A stretch of DNA of 64,000 nt from NCBI GenBank assembly GCA_041640715.1, contig JBEPZU010000001.1:10535-74534 (forward strand), in the 5' to 3' direction. This DNA comes from Thermoproteota archaeon. Its GTDB lineage: Archaea; Thermoproteota; Thermoprotei; Gearchaeales; Gearchaeaceae. Both the position numbers and the translations under genes were made by a program. Under the pieces are notes generated by a model. The model was not told the origin of the DNA and searched no databases. It saw nothing but the letters and a program-made list of their open reading frames with translations. Of this stretch, positions 1 through 14,412 are shown one piece after another (position 1 is the first letter of the stretch; every line of letters begins with the position of its first letter).

Positions 1-56
1 GAACTCATCAGTATGTGTATCCATCCAAGGATACTTCTTGAAGAAAAAATATCGAG

Positions 57-66
<10 letters not shown>
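1..66 (+). CDS. rpoB: RNA polymerase subunit B (B') C-terminal end, partial
   Basis: Frame-1 ORF runs off the window start (ELISMCIHPRILLEEKISRWL*), stop at 64-66 overlapping the rpoA1 start; conserved rpoB-rpoA1-rpoA2 order. Confidence 0.45.
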
Positions 67-4137
<4,071 letters not shown>

Positions 4138-4145
<8 letters not shown>

Positions 4146-4575
4146 AGGAATAAAGCTTAGTAACAGAGAGTTAGGATTTATTAATTTATTTGAAACGATA
4201 TCTTCGGTAAAGGTCAAGGATTGTATAATCGATGATAAGTTTAACAGAGTGCTCTTCTTAGTGGAACCTTCCCAGGTGGGTCTTGCTATAGGTAAGGGCG
4301 GTGAGAAGATAAACATTTTCAAAAAAATTTCTTTAATTGATGCTGAAGTTATACCTTACTATGAAGAGCTTGAGAAAATGACAAGAAGTTGTTTTATGCC
4401 TTTTGAAATTAAAGGATTGAAAGTGATGGAAAATAATAAAGGGGAAAAGACTCTGCTCGTTTACGTAGACTTTGCAAATAAGGCTAAAGTCATAGGCGAA
4501 TCGGGAAAGAATGTCTTCAAAACCAAGTTAATACTTAGAAGATATTTTGGAATTAAAAATGTTATCGTTGTTTAG
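4138..4575 (+). CDS. nusA: NusA-like transcription termination factor (KH domains)
   Basis: 145 aa, KH GxxG motif (AIGKGGEKI); conserved position before S12. Confidence 0.8.
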
Positions 4576-4614
4576 CGATATCTATATAAGTCTTTTCCTA
4601 ATATGGTTTGAAAT

Positions 4615-5055
4615 ATGGGTAAAAAATCTCCTTTAGGTTTATTCGCTGCTCGTAAGCTAATTAAAAAAAGACAGAAGTTCAGGTGGAGTAAAATAACCTA
4701 TAAGAGGAGAATTTTGAGGCTTAAAGAAAAATTTGATCCTTTAGAAGGAGCTCCTCAAGCAAGAGGAATAGTGATAGAGAAAGTAGGCGTAGAATCTAGA
4801 CAACCTAACTCTGCTGTTAGGAAATGTGTTCGTGTTCAACTTGTTAAAAACGGTAAGCAAATCACGGCCTTTGTGCCCAAAGATGGTGCTCTAAACATAA
4901 TAAGTGAACATGATGAAGTGATCGTGGAAGGAATAGGGGGTCCACAAGGCGGAGCTTATGGTGATCTGCCTGGAGTTAGATGGAAGGTTGTTAAGGTTAA
5001 TGGTGTTGCTTTGAGTGAAATATTAAAGGGTAAAAAACAAAAACCGCAAAGATGA
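4615..5055 (+). CDS. rps12: ribosomal protein S12
   Basis: 146 aa, strong S12 signature ([17 protein letters not shown]). Confidence 0.95.
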   Translation: MGKKSPLGLFAARKLIKKRQKFRWSKITYKRRILRLKEKFDPLEGAPQARGIVIEKVGVESRQPNSAVRKCVRVQLVKNGKQITAFVPKDGALNIISEHDEVIVEGIGGPQGGAYGDLPGVRWKVVKVNGVALSEILKGKKQKPQR

Positions 5056-5633
5056 ATCAAATAACAATACCAAACATTTTAGTTTTCGGAAAGTGGAGCA
5101 CTGATGGTCTTGTAGTTCACGATTTAGCTCTTGTTAAGTATATTAATCTTAAAGCACTACACGCTCCTCATTTGGGAGGAAGATATGCTAAAAAGAGATT
5201 TGGGAAAAGTCATATTCCTGTTTATGAGAGGCTTGCCAATCATCTGATGAAAAAAGGAAGAAATCAAGGTAAGAAGCTTAAAGCGTTAAACATTGTAAAA
5301 AAGGCATTAACGATCGTAGAATTGAGAACTAAACAAAATCCTTTACAAGTTTTGATAAACGCTATTGAAAATGCATCTCCTAGAGAAGAAACGACCAGAA
5401 TATTGCTAGGAGGGATAGCCTACCATGTAGCAGTAGATTGTGCTCCTCAAAGAAGAGTAGATCTAGCTTTAAGATGGATAGCTGAGGGAGCCAGACTTTC
5501 TTCTTTTAATAACCCCAAACCAATAGAAGAAGCTTTGGCTGAAGAATTGATTTTTGCTTCTAACAACGATCCAAAATCTTACGCTATAAAAAAGAAAGAA
5601 GAAGTTGAGAGAATAGCGTTAGCATCTCGATAA
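5052..5633 (+). CDS. rps7: ribosomal protein S7
   Basis: 193 aa, S7 family, str-operon context. Confidence 0.93.
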   Translation: MNQITIPNILVFGKWSTDGLVVHDLALVKYINLKALHAPHLGGRYAKKRFGKSHIPVYERLANHLMKKGRNQGKKLKALNIVKKALTIVELRTKQNPLQVLINAIENASPREETTRILLGGIAYHVAVDCAPQRRVDLALRWIAEGARLSSFNNPKPIEEALAEELIFASNNDPKSYAIKKKEEVERIALASR

Positions 5634-5675
5634 AATTTATAAATAGAAAAAAACAATTATCCATACATCTCTATC

Positions 5676-6968
5676 ATGGCAGAGAAAAAACCACATTTGA
5701 ATTTGATAGTAGCAGGTCATGTAGATCATGGTAAATCTACTACTGTGGGGCATATTCTAACGTTGCTAGGTGTGGTAGATAAAAAAAGACTTACTGAGCT
5801 TGAAGAGGAAGCTAAGAAAAGAGGCAAAGAGTTCGCTAAGTACGCTTGGATTCTAGATACATATAAGGAAGAAAGGGAAAGAGATATGACTATAGATCTT
5901 ACGTTCCTGAAGTTTGAAACTAAGAAATATTTCTTCACGATAATTGATGCACCAGGCCATAGAGACTTCGTAAAGAATATGGTGACAGGGGCATCGCAAG
6001 CAGATGCAGCTTTGTTGATAATTTCAGCTAAAAAAGGAGAATACGAAGCAGGAATAGGTGCTACAGGTCAAACAAGAGAACATGCTTTCTTGCTTAGGAC
6101 AATGGGCGTTAATCAAATAATTGTCGCAATAAATAAACTCGACGATCCTTCGGTTAATTGGAGTAGAGAAAGATTTGAAGAAGTTAGAAAGGGAGTTTTA
6201 GATTTATTGAGACAAGTAGGTTATCCTGTTGATAAAATTAGAACAGTACCGATTTCAGCATGGTATGGTGATAACTTAGTAGAGAGAAGCAAAAACACAC
6301 CTTGGTATAACGGTCCAACGTTGGAAGAAGCTTTTAATGAGTTAATAGTACCGCCAAGACCTGTAGATAAACCTCTAAGAATTCCTGTAGAGGCTGTTTA
6401 TTCAATTACAGGTGTAGGTACAGTACCTGTGGGTAAGGTTGAGACAGGTAGGATGAGGGTAGGAGATACAGTAATTGTGATGCCGAGTGGGAAGAAAGGA
6501 GAAGTAAGATCCATTGAAACTCATCATACTCCTATACAAGAAGCCTTACCTGGAGACAACATAGGTTTTAACATTAAGGGTCTCGAGAAGGCAGATGTAA
6601 AAAGAGGGGATGTTGTAGGAAGCTTAGACAATCCTCCGACAGTAGCTAGTTCTTTCCTAGCCAGACTTTTTGTAATATATCATCCAACGTCCATAGCCGT
6701 TGGTTATACTCCAGTCATGCACGTCCATACAGCCACAGCGGCTGTTAGGTTCGAAGAGATACAAAAGAAGCTAGATCCGAGAACAGGTGCTCCGATCGAA
6801 GAGAATCCTAAATTTATAAAACAAGGCGATGCTGCCATAGTTAAACTAAGACCTATAAAACCTTTAATCGTAGAAAAATACTCAGAATTCCCAGGTCTAG
6901 GTAGGTTCGCTATAAGAGATATGGGTAGGACTATAGCAGCTGGAGTGATATTAGACGTATATAAGTAA
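5676..6968 (+). CDS. tuf: translation elongation factor 1-alpha
   Basis: 430 aa, GHVDHGKST G1 motif, DAPGHRDF, NKLD. Confidence 0.97.
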   Translation: MAEKKPHLNLIVAGHVDHGKSTTVGHILTLLGVVDKKRLTELEEEAKKRGKEFAKYAWILDTYKEERERDMTIDLTFLKFETKKYFFTIIDAPGHRDFVKNMVTGASQADAALLIISAKKGEYEAGIGATGQTREHAFLLRTMGVNQIIVAINKLDDPSVNWSRERFEEVRKGVLDLLRQVGYPVDKIRTVPISAWYGDNLVERSKNTPWYNGPTLEEAFNELIVPPRPVDKPLRIPVEAVYSITGVGTVPVGKVETGRMRVGDTVIVMPSGKKGEVRSIETHHTPIQEALPGDNIGFNIKGLEKADVKRGDVVGSLDNPPTVASSFLARLFVIYHPTSIAVGYTPVMHVHTATAAVRFEEIQKKLDPRTGAPIEENPKFIKQGDAAIVKLRPIKPLIVEKYSEFPGLGRFAIRDMGRTIAAGVILDVYK

Positions 6969-7276
6969 TGCCAAGAATAGCAAGGATTTATCTTTCCTCT
7001 ACTAACACTGCAGAGCTTGAAGGTGTAGTTAAAGAAATTAGGACCATCGCTGATAATCAAAACGCTAGAATAGCCGGTCCTATACCTTTACCTACTAAAA
7101 AATTAAGAGTAGTAACGAGGAAGACTCCTTGCGGCGATGGTACCCATACTTTTGATAGATGGGAGATAAGAATTCATAAAAGATTGATAGATGTTCTTGC
7201 TACAGAAGCCATGATGAGACAGTTAGCTAGGATAAAAGTGCCTTCTTCTGTGAAGATTTCCATAACTATAAAATAG
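6968..7276 (+). CDS. rps10: ribosomal protein S10
   Basis: 102 aa, S10 family, follows EF-1alpha as in archaea. Confidence 0.93.
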   Translation: MPRIARIYLSSTNTAELEGVVKEIRTIADNQNARIAGPIPLPTKKLRVVTRKTPCGDGTHTFDRWEIRIHKRLIDVLATEAMMRQLARIKVPSSVKISITIK

Positions 7277-7323
7277 AAAGTTTAATTATTTCCTTTAACT
7301 AAACTTATATAGAGCCGGGATAA

Positions 7324-7419
7324 GCCGGGATATTTTTACCCGAAAGCCTAGCGGACAAGGCGCAGGCCTTGAGAGCCTGTGGGGGTTTCCCCGCGTGGGT
7401 TCGAATCCCACTCCCGGCG
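7324..7419 (+). tRNA. tRNA-Ser (anticodon UGA) with non-canonical intron after position 9 (alternative 5' end at 7314 with a 23-nt intron)
   Basis: Acceptor GCCGGGA/TCCCGGC, anticodon loop CTTGAGA, long variable arm TGGGGGTTTCCCCGC, T-arm GTGGGTTCGAATCCCAC; 13 nt (tttttacccgaaa) inserted between TA and the D-stem GCCT. Confidence 0.8.
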
Positions 7420-7563
7420 TTTTCAACATTCTTTTTGAATTTTCTCTTATTAAAGAAAAGTTATTTACTTTTTCTCTTTTTTTATGAAAATGTTTTTAAT
7501 TTTCTTTGGAAAAAAATTCAAAAAAAATTTTTAAATTCACTTGAGAATAAAAAGGATAAATAA

Positions 7564-7956
7564 ATGGAGGCTAGAGAACAATTAGAACAATCTTACACTT
7601 TGGAATTGGGAAGGCATATAATAGCAGACCTTATTATAGAGAATCCTGCTAAATTGTCTGACTTAGACTTTCTTATAAAGACATTATACGAAGCTGCAAA
7701 GAAAGGCAATCTAAATGTCTTAAGCGAAGCTCATGAGGTTTTCAAAGATACAGGAGGTATTTCTCTAATACTTTTTATTGCAGAATCTCATCTCTCTATA
7801 CATACATGGCCTGAATACTCTTTCGTGGCTATCGACATTTTCACTTGTGGAGAAGAAGCAGATCCTTGGGCTGTCTATAATTACCTAACAGAAAAGTTGG
7901 GTGTAAAAGAAGCGGATGTAAAAGAAATTAAACGTGTTCTAAGATTAAAGAATTAG
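7564..7956 (+). CDS. speH: S-adenosylmethionine decarboxylase proenzyme (pyruvoyl-dependent)
   Basis: 130 aa, ESHLSIHTWPE self-cleavage motif. Confidence 0.85.
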   Translation: MEAREQLEQSYTLELGRHIIADLIIENPAKLSDLDFLIKTLYEAAKKGNLNVLSEAHEVFKDTGGISLILFIAESHLSIHTWPEYSFVAIDIFTCGEEADPWAVYNYLTEKLGVKEADVKEIKRVLRLKN

Positions 7957-8081
7957 TCTCTATGATATTATTTTATGGGAGGTAGACAAAGAACATCAAT
8001 TTTCCTAGATAAAAGTAAAAAAGAAGAAAAACAAAAGGAAACCAAGGGTGAGAAAAAGCAGAGCGTGAAGAAGCAAACTAA

Positions 8082-8861
8082 ATGATTTTAAAAGTCGTAT
8101 TGCCAACCAACATTTTTTCTGATATAAACAATTTAAGGGAAAAAACTGTCAGGGTTGCCAATTTAGTTAGAGCATTGTATTTATTCAGAGTAAATGAACT
8201 CGTGCTTTTTAGTTACGAAAAAGAAGATGAAGAATTATATAAACTAATAAAATTTTTTCAGCTCCCTTCTTATCTTAGAAAATTTGTTTTTAAAAAAAAT
8301 AAGTCTTTGAGATATGTAGGTGTAGCTCCTCCTATTAGGTCGATTTTAGAAGATAGTGATAAATATCGAATTGGTGTAGTTTTTAATAAAATTAACGAAA
8401 AAGTCTTCATTAATGCAGGGTTAAAAGATAGCGTGATAATTAACTACGAAGGTCTAAGAGAAGGCCAAATCGTGAAATTAATTAAAGAATCAAAAGAATG
8501 GAGGATTTCAAAAAACAACGATTTCCCTATAGGTTTTGGTGTAAAAGTGATAAAAAATTTAATCGATTTTATCATCGAAGCTAGAAAAAAAGGCTTCGTA
8601 GTAATAGCAACCTCTAGACATGGAAAAGTTTTAACCTTAAAGGAGCTTTCAGAAATCAAATATAAACTAACAGAAAATCTTATTTTGCTTTTTGGTTCAC
8701 CTAAAGAAGGTTTGTTTGAGATTTTTGAGAAATGGGGAAAGGATTTGAAGGATTACGCCGATTATATATATAATTTTTTCCCGAACCAAGGTGTTAAAAC
8801 AATAAGAAGTGACGAAGCTGTTTTCGGAGTTTTATCCATTCTAAATCTTTTAATCGCTTAA
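8082..8861 (+). CDS. conserved archaeal protein, putative SPOUT-class methyltransferase (COG2106-like)
   Basis: 259 aa; position immediately upstream of rpl3 matches the conserved archaeal neighbourhood; no strong motif recognised. Confidence 0.35.
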   Translation: MILKVVLPTNIFSDINNLREKTVRVANLVRALYLFRVNELVLFSYEKEDEELYKLIKFFQLPSYLRKFVFKKNKSLRYVGVAPPIRSILEDSDKYRIGVVFNKINEKVFINAGLKDSVIINYEGLREGQIVKLIKESKEWRISKNNDFPIGFGVKVIKNLIDFIIEARKKGFVVIATSRHGKVLTLKELSEIKYKLTENLILLFGSPKEGLFEIFEKWGKDLKDYADYIYNFFPNQGVKTIRSDEAVFGVLSILNLLIA

Positions 8862-8906
8862 AAGTATATAAGGAGTATTTGTAATTATCTCACTTAATTT
8901 AAGCTC

Positions 8907-9860
8907 ATGAGCGCTCCAAGAAGAGGTTCGATGGGATTTTATCCTAGAGTACGTGCTAAAAGTATTAGAATCAGAGTTAGGTCTTGGCCAAATTATGGGG
9001 AAACCAGGCTATTAGGTTTTCCTGCGTTTAAGGTGGGTATGGCAAGCGCAATATTGTTGGATATGTATGAAAAATCTCCTTTATTTGGAAAGGAGGTCGT
9101 AAAGGCTTGTACGATCTTAGAGACGCCTCCTGTATTTGTCCTGGGCATTAAGATTTATAAAAATGAAATGGGTGAATTGAAGTCTGCAGCTACTGTCTTC
9201 GCAGAAAAAATACCAGATAAAATATCGAAATATTTAGGTTTTCATCCTAAAGGAGGCGATATCGAAAAACTCTTTTCGATTAAAAACATAGCTGAAGTTA
9301 GAGCAATAGTAGCCACCGAGCCTTTTCTAACTGGTATAGGTAAGAAAAAACCAGATCTCTTCGAGATTAAAATCGGTGGGGATGTTAATTCTGCTCTTGA
9401 ATATGCCAAAAAAATATTAGGAAAGGAAATAAGAGTCAATGAAGTTTTAAATGAGTTGAGTTTTGTAGATGCAATAGGTGTTACGAAAGGCAAAGGTTTC
9501 CAAGGAGTGATAAAAAGATTTGGAGTAAAAGAACTTCCAAAGTGGCATAAACATAGAAAAGGTAGCAGGAAGGTAGGATCTATAGGTCCTATAGAGCCTT
9601 CTATGATGAGATTTGTACCCCGTCCTGGTCAAATGGGTTTCCATAGAAGGACTGAGTATAATAAACTGATAATCAAAGTAGGAAATGAACCTTCGGAAAT
9701 AAATGTTAAGGAAGGCTTTAAACATTATGGTATAGTTAAAACAAATTATGTAGTGTTGCTAGGTAGTGTGATGGGGCCCTCTAAGAGAGTAATTTTTTTA
9801 AGATATCCAATCAGACCTCCAGCTTTGCCTAAAAAATATCAATTGTTGAAGATAACATGA
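8907..9860 (+). CDS. rpl3: ribosomal protein L3
   Basis: 317 aa, L3 N-terminus (GFYPRVRAKS). Confidence 0.95.
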   Translation: MSAPRRGSMGFYPRVRAKSIRIRVRSWPNYGETRLLGFPAFKVGMASAILLDMYEKSPLFGKEVVKACTILETPPVFVLGIKIYKNEMGELKSAATVFAEKIPDKISKYLGFHPKGGDIEKLFSIKNIAEVRAIVATEPFLTGIGKKKPDLFEIKIGGDVNSALEYAKKILGKEIRVNEVLNELSFVDAIGVTKGKGFQGVIKRFGVKELPKWHKHRKGSRKVGSIGPIEPSMMRFVPRPGQMGFHRRTEYNKLIIKVGNEPSEINVKEGFKHYGIVKTNYVVLLGSVMGPSKRVIFLRYPIRPPALPKKYQLLKIT

Positions 9861-10672
9861 CGAGCGTTATTGCAATTCCTCTACTTAATAAAGAAGGGAA
9901 AGAAGTTGATAAACTAACCTACTTACCTATACCTTTCACTGCTGAGTATCGTTACGATCTAATCAAAAGAGCAGTTTTGACAGAACTCCAAAACAAGAAA
10001 CAACCTAAAGGGGTAAATCCTCTTGCAGGCAAAAAGACATCAGCCAAAAGCTGGGGTGTGGGATACGGAATAGCTAGGGTTCCTAGAGTTAAAGGTTCGG
10101 GAAATCCTAGGTCGGGACAAGCAGCTTTCATACCTAGTGCTAGAGGAGGGTATCATCCTACAGCTCCTAAATCAATTAAATCAGTAAAAGTTAAGATGAA
10201 CAAAAAAGAAAAACTGTTAGCTCTTTTCAGCGCAATAAGTTGTACTGCGAAGTTGGATTTCGTTATAAAACGAGGGCATGTAGTAATGAACCCCGACCTA
10301 ATTTTACCTATAGTCTTGAATCAAGAGGTTTCTAAAATAGAAAAAACTAAGGAGCTCTTGAGTTTATTCGAGAAGCTGGGTTTATATGAAGATATAAGGA
10401 GAGTAAGAGAGAGTTTAAAGATAAGAGCTGGAAAGGGGAAAAGAAGAGGAAGGAGGTATAAAGAAAGAAAGGGACCATTGTTGGTTAAACTTGGAGACGA
10501 ACCAATATCTAAAGCTTTTAGGAATTTGCCTGGAGCAGATGTAGCAGATGTCAGAGCTTTGGCTGTTCATCTATTAGCTCCTGGGTCTTTGCCCGGACGC
10601 CTAACGTTTTGGACTTTGAACGCTTATGAATATTTGGCTGAAAAATATGGTTATATTGGGATTAAAAAATGA
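9857..10672 (+). CDS. rpl4: ribosomal protein L4
   Basis: 271 aa, L4/L1e family, operon order. Confidence 0.92.
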   Translation: MTSVIAIPLLNKEGKEVDKLTYLPIPFTAEYRYDLIKRAVLTELQNKKQPKGVNPLAGKKTSAKSWGVGYGIARVPRVKGSGNPRSGQAAFIPSARGGYHPTAPKSIKSVKVKMNKKEKLLALFSAISCTAKLDFVIKRGHVVMNPDLILPIVLNQEVSKIEKTKELLSLFEKLGLYEDIRRVRESLKIRAGKGKRRGRRYKERKGPLLVKLGDEPISKAFRNLPGADVADVRALAVHLLAPGSLPGRLTFWTLNAYEYLAEKYGYIGIKK

Positions 10673-10917
10673 CAATCATTAAATTCATCATGAATGAAAA
10701 GGCTCTTAAGATGGCTGAAAAGGAAAATAAAATAGTGGCTATAGTAGAAATAAATTCGAATAAAAAAGAAATATCTAAGACAATGGAGCGACTATATGGG
10801 ATTAAAGTAGAAAAGGTAAATACTTCCATAACTCCTAGAGGAGAGAAAAAGGCGATAATTAAGCTAGCCAAAGACGTTTCAGCTATAGATTTCTACGCGA
10901 AAATAGGTTTGTTATAA
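10669..10917 (+). CDS. rpl23: ribosomal protein L23
   Basis: 82 aa, L23 family, operon order. Confidence 0.9.
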   Translation: MTIIKFIMNEKALKMAEKENKIVAIVEINSNKKEISKTMERLYGIKVEKVNTSITPRGEKKAIIKLAKDVSAIDFYAKIGLL

Positions 10918-11645
10918 TGGGAAAGAAACTAAGACAGCAGCGGGCAGGAAAAGGAGGATCGGTATTTAAATCTCCTTCATGGAATAAGATAGCGCCAGCA
11001 AGATATCCAAGCTGGATCCATGAAATGATAAAGAATAAAAAAGTAGTAGCAGCTAAAATAACTAAGTTGATACCTGAAAGTGGTAGAGACGCTCCGCTTT
11101 GTCTTGTAGCAGTAGGAAATGGGATGAGCTTTTACTCGGTAGCCCCTGAAGGAGTATTTGAAGGAGACGTAATAGAGATAGGCGAATCTGTTAGCCCGAG
11201 AATAGGTAACATAGGTAAGGTAGGTTATTTTTCTGAAGGCACAATAGTCTGTAATATAGAAAGAAGACCTCAAGACGGAGGAAAGTTTTGCAGAGCTGCG
11301 GGGACATATTCTGTTATAATGTCCCAGACTCCTAGAGGAACAGTAATTATGCTTCCTTCAGGTAAATCTTTAGAAATAAGCAAAGAATGCTTAGCTACCG
11401 TGGGGGTAGTAGCAGCAGGAGGCAAAGTGGAAAAGCCTTTGCTTAAAGCAGGCAACAGTTATCATAGATTTAAAGCTAGAGGTAGGAAATGGCCTACTGT
11501 AAGAGGAAAGGCTATGTATGCAGCAGCTCATCCGCACGGAGGAGGATCTCATCCTAAAGGAGGAAGAGTAGTCAAAAAGACTTCTCCGCCTGGTAAAAAA
11601 GTTGGTCTGTATGGAGCTAAGAGGACAGGCAGAAGGAAAGGTTAA
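10917..11645 (+). CDS. rpl2: ribosomal protein L2
   Basis: 242 aa, L2 signature (GGGSHPKGGR). Confidence 0.95.
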   Translation: MGKKLRQQRAGKGGSVFKSPSWNKIAPARYPSWIHEMIKNKKVVAAKITKLIPESGRDAPLCLVAVGNGMSFYSVAPEGVFEGDVIEIGESVSPRIGNIGKVGYFSEGTIVCNIERRPQDGGKFCRAAGTYSVIMSQTPRGTVIMLPSGKSLEISKECLATVGVVAAGGKVEKPLLKAGNSYHRFKARGRKWPTVRGKAMYAAAHPHGGGSHPKGGRVVKKTSPPGKKVGLYGAKRTGRRKG

Positions 11646-11677
11646 AGGATTTATATTAATTATTTTAAGTTAGATGT

Positions 11678-12073
11678 ATGTCTAAAGAATTCAAGTTCAG
11701 GGGTTATACTTTCGAAAGTTTAAAGAAGATGCCTATGGATGAGTTTATAAATTTACTTAACAGTAGAGAAAGGAGGAGTTTGAGAAGAGGTATACTAAAG
11801 AAATACAAAAAATTAATGATTAAGATAAGAAAAGCTAAGGCGGGTCAATATAATAAGCCTATAAGAACGCACGCTAGAGATATGATAATTCTTCCTGAGA
11901 TGGTAGGTTTAACGATTCATGTATATAATGGCAAAGAATTCGTACCTGTAAATATAAAACCTGAAATGATAGGATTTAGGCTTGGAGATTTCGCAATAAC
12001 GGTCAAGAAAGTTATACATGGAGAGCCTGGTCTTAAAGCCACAAGAGGATCGATGTATGTTCCTTTGAAATAA
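11678..12073 (+). CDS. rps19: ribosomal protein S19
   Basis: 131 aa, S19 family. Confidence 0.92.
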   Translation: MSKEFKFRGYTFESLKKMPMDEFINLLNSRERRSLRRGILKKYKKLMIKIRKAKAGQYNKPIRTHARDMIILPEMVGLTIHVYNGKEFVPVNIKPEMIGFRLGDFAITVKKVIHGEPGLKATRGSMYVPLK

Positions 12074-12074
12074 A

Positions 12075-12536
12075 ATGCCTGAATTTGGTTATTCTTATAA
12101 AATATTGGAGCCTGAAAGAACAGTAAAAGCTAGTTTACGGGATATTAATATATCATTTAAAGAAGCGGTTGAGCTTTGTAGATATTTAAAGAATAGGAAA
12201 CTTGAAGAGGCTAAGAAAATCTTGGAAGAAATCATCGAACTTAAGAAAGCTGTTCCCTATAGAACCTTTAATAAAAAAGTACCTCATCATAGATTCGGAA
12301 ATACTAGCGGTCCCGCTAGATACCCTAAAAAAGTAGCCGAGGCTATGCTTAAACTCCTAGAGAGCTTAGAGGCAAATGCGGAATTCAAAGGATTGGATAT
12401 TAATAGAATAAAACTCGTTCATGTAGCTGCTCAGAAAGGCTATAAAATAAAGAAATATATACCTCGAGCCTTTGGACGGTCTTCTCCTTATTTCAGGGAA
12501 TTAGTTCATGTTGAAGTAGTAGGTCTAGAGGTATAA
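12075..12536 (+). CDS. rpl22: ribosomal protein L22
   Basis: 153 aa, L22 family, operon order. Confidence 0.9.
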   Translation: MPEFGYSYKILEPERTVKASLRDINISFKEAVELCRYLKNRKLEEAKKILEEIIELKKAVPYRTFNKKVPHHRFGNTSGPARYPKKVAEAMLKLLESLEANAEFKGLDINRIKLVHVAAQKGYKIKKYIPRAFGRSSPYFRELVHVEVVGLEV

Positions 12537-13180
12537 TGGGCACCATCTATAAACAATTCCTCGAATTCGCGGTTCTCCAGGCTAGTATAAAAGAGTTCAT
12601 ACAGAAAGAGTTGAAGGAGGCTTATGTAGGCAATATAGATATACAGCAAACAGCTATAGGGCTAAGAATAATTGTAGAAGTTTTAAGACCTAGATTGGCC
12701 TTAGGGGAACATGGAATAAAAATTAAAGAATTAGAAGAGAAAATAAAGGCTAAGTTTAACTTGAAAAGTCTAGAAATTTTCATTAACGAGGTACAGAACC
12801 CAGCCTTGAATCCTTCAATAGTAGCCAACATGATAGCCTCGGCTCTTGAAAGAGGTATTCATTTTAGGAGAGCAGCAAACTTGGCTTTAAAACAAATAAT
12901 GGAAGCAGGAGCATTGGGTGCAGAGATAACTATAAGCGGTAAATTAGTAAGTGAGAGGTCTAGATTTGAAAAGTTCAGATTCGGTGTAATACCTAAATCA
13001 GGACAACCTGCGCATGAATTTGTTAGAAAAGCTACTGCACATGTGCTATTGAAGCCTGGAATATTCGGGGTAAAAGTAAAAATATTACCTCCTGTAGAAT
13101 TGCCTGATGAAAAACTGAAAACTTTGTTGAAAATTTATAAGGAGAAATCTACCATAAAAGAGAGCAGCAATGAAGCTTAA
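12536..13180 (+). CDS. rps3: ribosomal protein S3
   Basis: 214 aa, KH domain S3. Confidence 0.93.
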   Translation: MGTIYKQFLEFAVLQASIKEFIQKELKEAYVGNIDIQQTAIGLRIIVEVLRPRLALGEHGIKIKELEEKIKAKFNLKSLEIFINEVQNPALNPSIVANMIASALERGIHFRRAANLALKQIMEAGALGAEITISGKLVSERSRFEKFRFGVIPKSGQPAHEFVRKATAHVLLKPGIFGVKVKILPPVELPDEKLKTLLKIYKEKSTIKESSNEA

Positions 13181-13385
13181 AGATTTGAGGAGAATGAAGA
13201 GAGAAGAAAGAGATAAAAGATTAAGCGAATTGAGAGCAGAGTTGATTAAGATGAAAAGTCAATTTGACGCAGGAAAGCCTCCCAAGAATGTTAAGCTTTT
13301 AAGAAACATCAGGAAGGAAATTGCGCGAATTCTTACTATTAATAGAGAAGAGGAACTTAAGAAAAATGAAACTCAGAAAAGATAA
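13170..13385 (+). CDS. rpl29: ribosomal protein L29
   Basis: 71 aa, L29 family. Confidence 0.88.
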   Translation: MKLKDLRRMKREERDKRLSELRAELIKMKSQFDAGKPPKNVKLLRNIRKEIARILTINREEELKKNETQKR

Positions 13386-13626
13386 CATTCATTCGCACGA
13401 ATTATTAGGGATTGAAACAATAGTTCTAGATAAGAAATTCAAGGAAATAGCGAGAGGAACGGTTTATGACGAAACGAAAGAAACCCTTACCTTGAAAATA
13501 GGATCCGAAAAGAAGATTTTTTTAAAGAATTCACATATCTTCCTTTTTAAATTGAACGGTTTAAACGTAGCCGTAAAAGGTGCGAGATTATTAGGAAGAC
13601 CAGAAGAAAGAATTAAGAAAATATGA
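13366..13626 (+). CDS. rnp1: RNase P protein component 1 (Rpp29/Pop4 homolog)
   Basis: Rpp29-like motifs (ETKETLTL..VKGARLLGRPEER); start moved to an internal Met to limit overlap with L29; conserved position between L29 and S17. Confidence 0.75.
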   Translation: MKLRKDNIHSHELLGIETIVLDKKFKEIARGTVYDETKETLTLKIGSEKKIFLKNSHIFLFKLNGLNVAVKGARLLGRPEERIKKI

Positions 13627-13943
13627 AAAGAAGGGTAATTTTTGGTATAGAACCTCCTTCAGAAAGTTGTGATGATAAATGCTGTCCTTTTCACGGAAAT
13701 ATATCGGTCAGAGGGAGGATAGATAAGGGCAAGGTCATCAAATTTAAAACGCCCAAGACTGCTGTTGTAGAAAAAGAATATTTAGTTTTCATAAAAAAGT
13801 ATCAAAGGTACGAAAGAAGGAGATCGAAGTATCATGTCCATGTACCGCCTTGTATGAAGGTCAAAGAAAATTGCACTGTCATCTTTGGAGAGACAAGACC
13901 AATAGCTAAGACAGTATCTTCAGTCGTACTAAAAGTATTATGA
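13623..13943 (+). CDS. rps17: ribosomal protein S17
   Basis: 106 aa, S17 family. Confidence 0.9.
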   Translation: MKRRVIFGIEPPSESCDDKCCPFHGNISVRGRIDKGKVIKFKTPKTAVVEKEYLVFIKKYQRYERRRSKYHVHVPPCMKVKENCTVIFGETRPIAKTVSSVVLKVL

Positions 13944-13986
13944 AAAGCTTATATTTTTGGAAATAACTTTCATATAATCATTAATT

Positions 13987-14412
13987 ATGGTTAAAAGAGG
14001 AGGTAAGGCTACAATATCAGCGTTCAAGCCTCGCTTGAGTAGAGGCATTCCTATTTATGCTATTGTTAATTGCGCTGATAATAGCGGAGTTCTTAAGGCT
14101 AAAGTGATCGGAGTTATAGGAATGAAGACTAGAAAGAGGAGGATTCCAGCTGCAACAGTAGGAGACATGGTCAAGGTTACTGTGTATAAGGGCAAAGCTG
14201 AGTTGCGCGGTCAAGTAATGAACGGTGTTTTGATAAGGCAAAGGAAACCCTATCGAAGAGCAGACGGTTCTTGGATTTCTTTCGAAGACAATGCGATTGT
14301 AATTTTAACACCTGAAGGGGACGTCAAAGGTACAGAAATATATGGACCTGTAGCTAAAGAGGCTGCTGAAAGATGGCCTAAGATAGCGGCGATAACTTCT
14401 TTAATAGCATGA
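13987..14412 (+). CDS. rpl14: ribosomal protein L14
   Basis: 141 aa, L14 family. Confidence 0.93.
   Translation: MVKRGGKATISAFKPRLSRGIPIYAIVNCADNSGVLKAKVIGVIGMKTRKRRIPAATVGDMVKVTVYKGKAELRGQVMNGVLIRQRKPYRRADGSWISFEDNAIVILTPEGDVKGTEIYGPVAKEAAERWPKIAAITSLIA

Noticed and set aside
7314-7323. 10-nt direct repeat upstream of tRNA-Ser(UGA) as an integrative-element att site
   Set aside because: Only the tRNA 5' end is duplicated, in tandem, with no integrase or foreign cargo nearby; an intron-related duplication is more likely. Retained as part of a finding, not as a mobile element.
7369-7563. 64-aa ORF overlapping tRNA-Ser(UGA) and the AT-rich speH upstream region
   Set aside because: It lies across a tRNA gene and a promoter region with low-complexity translation; spurious.
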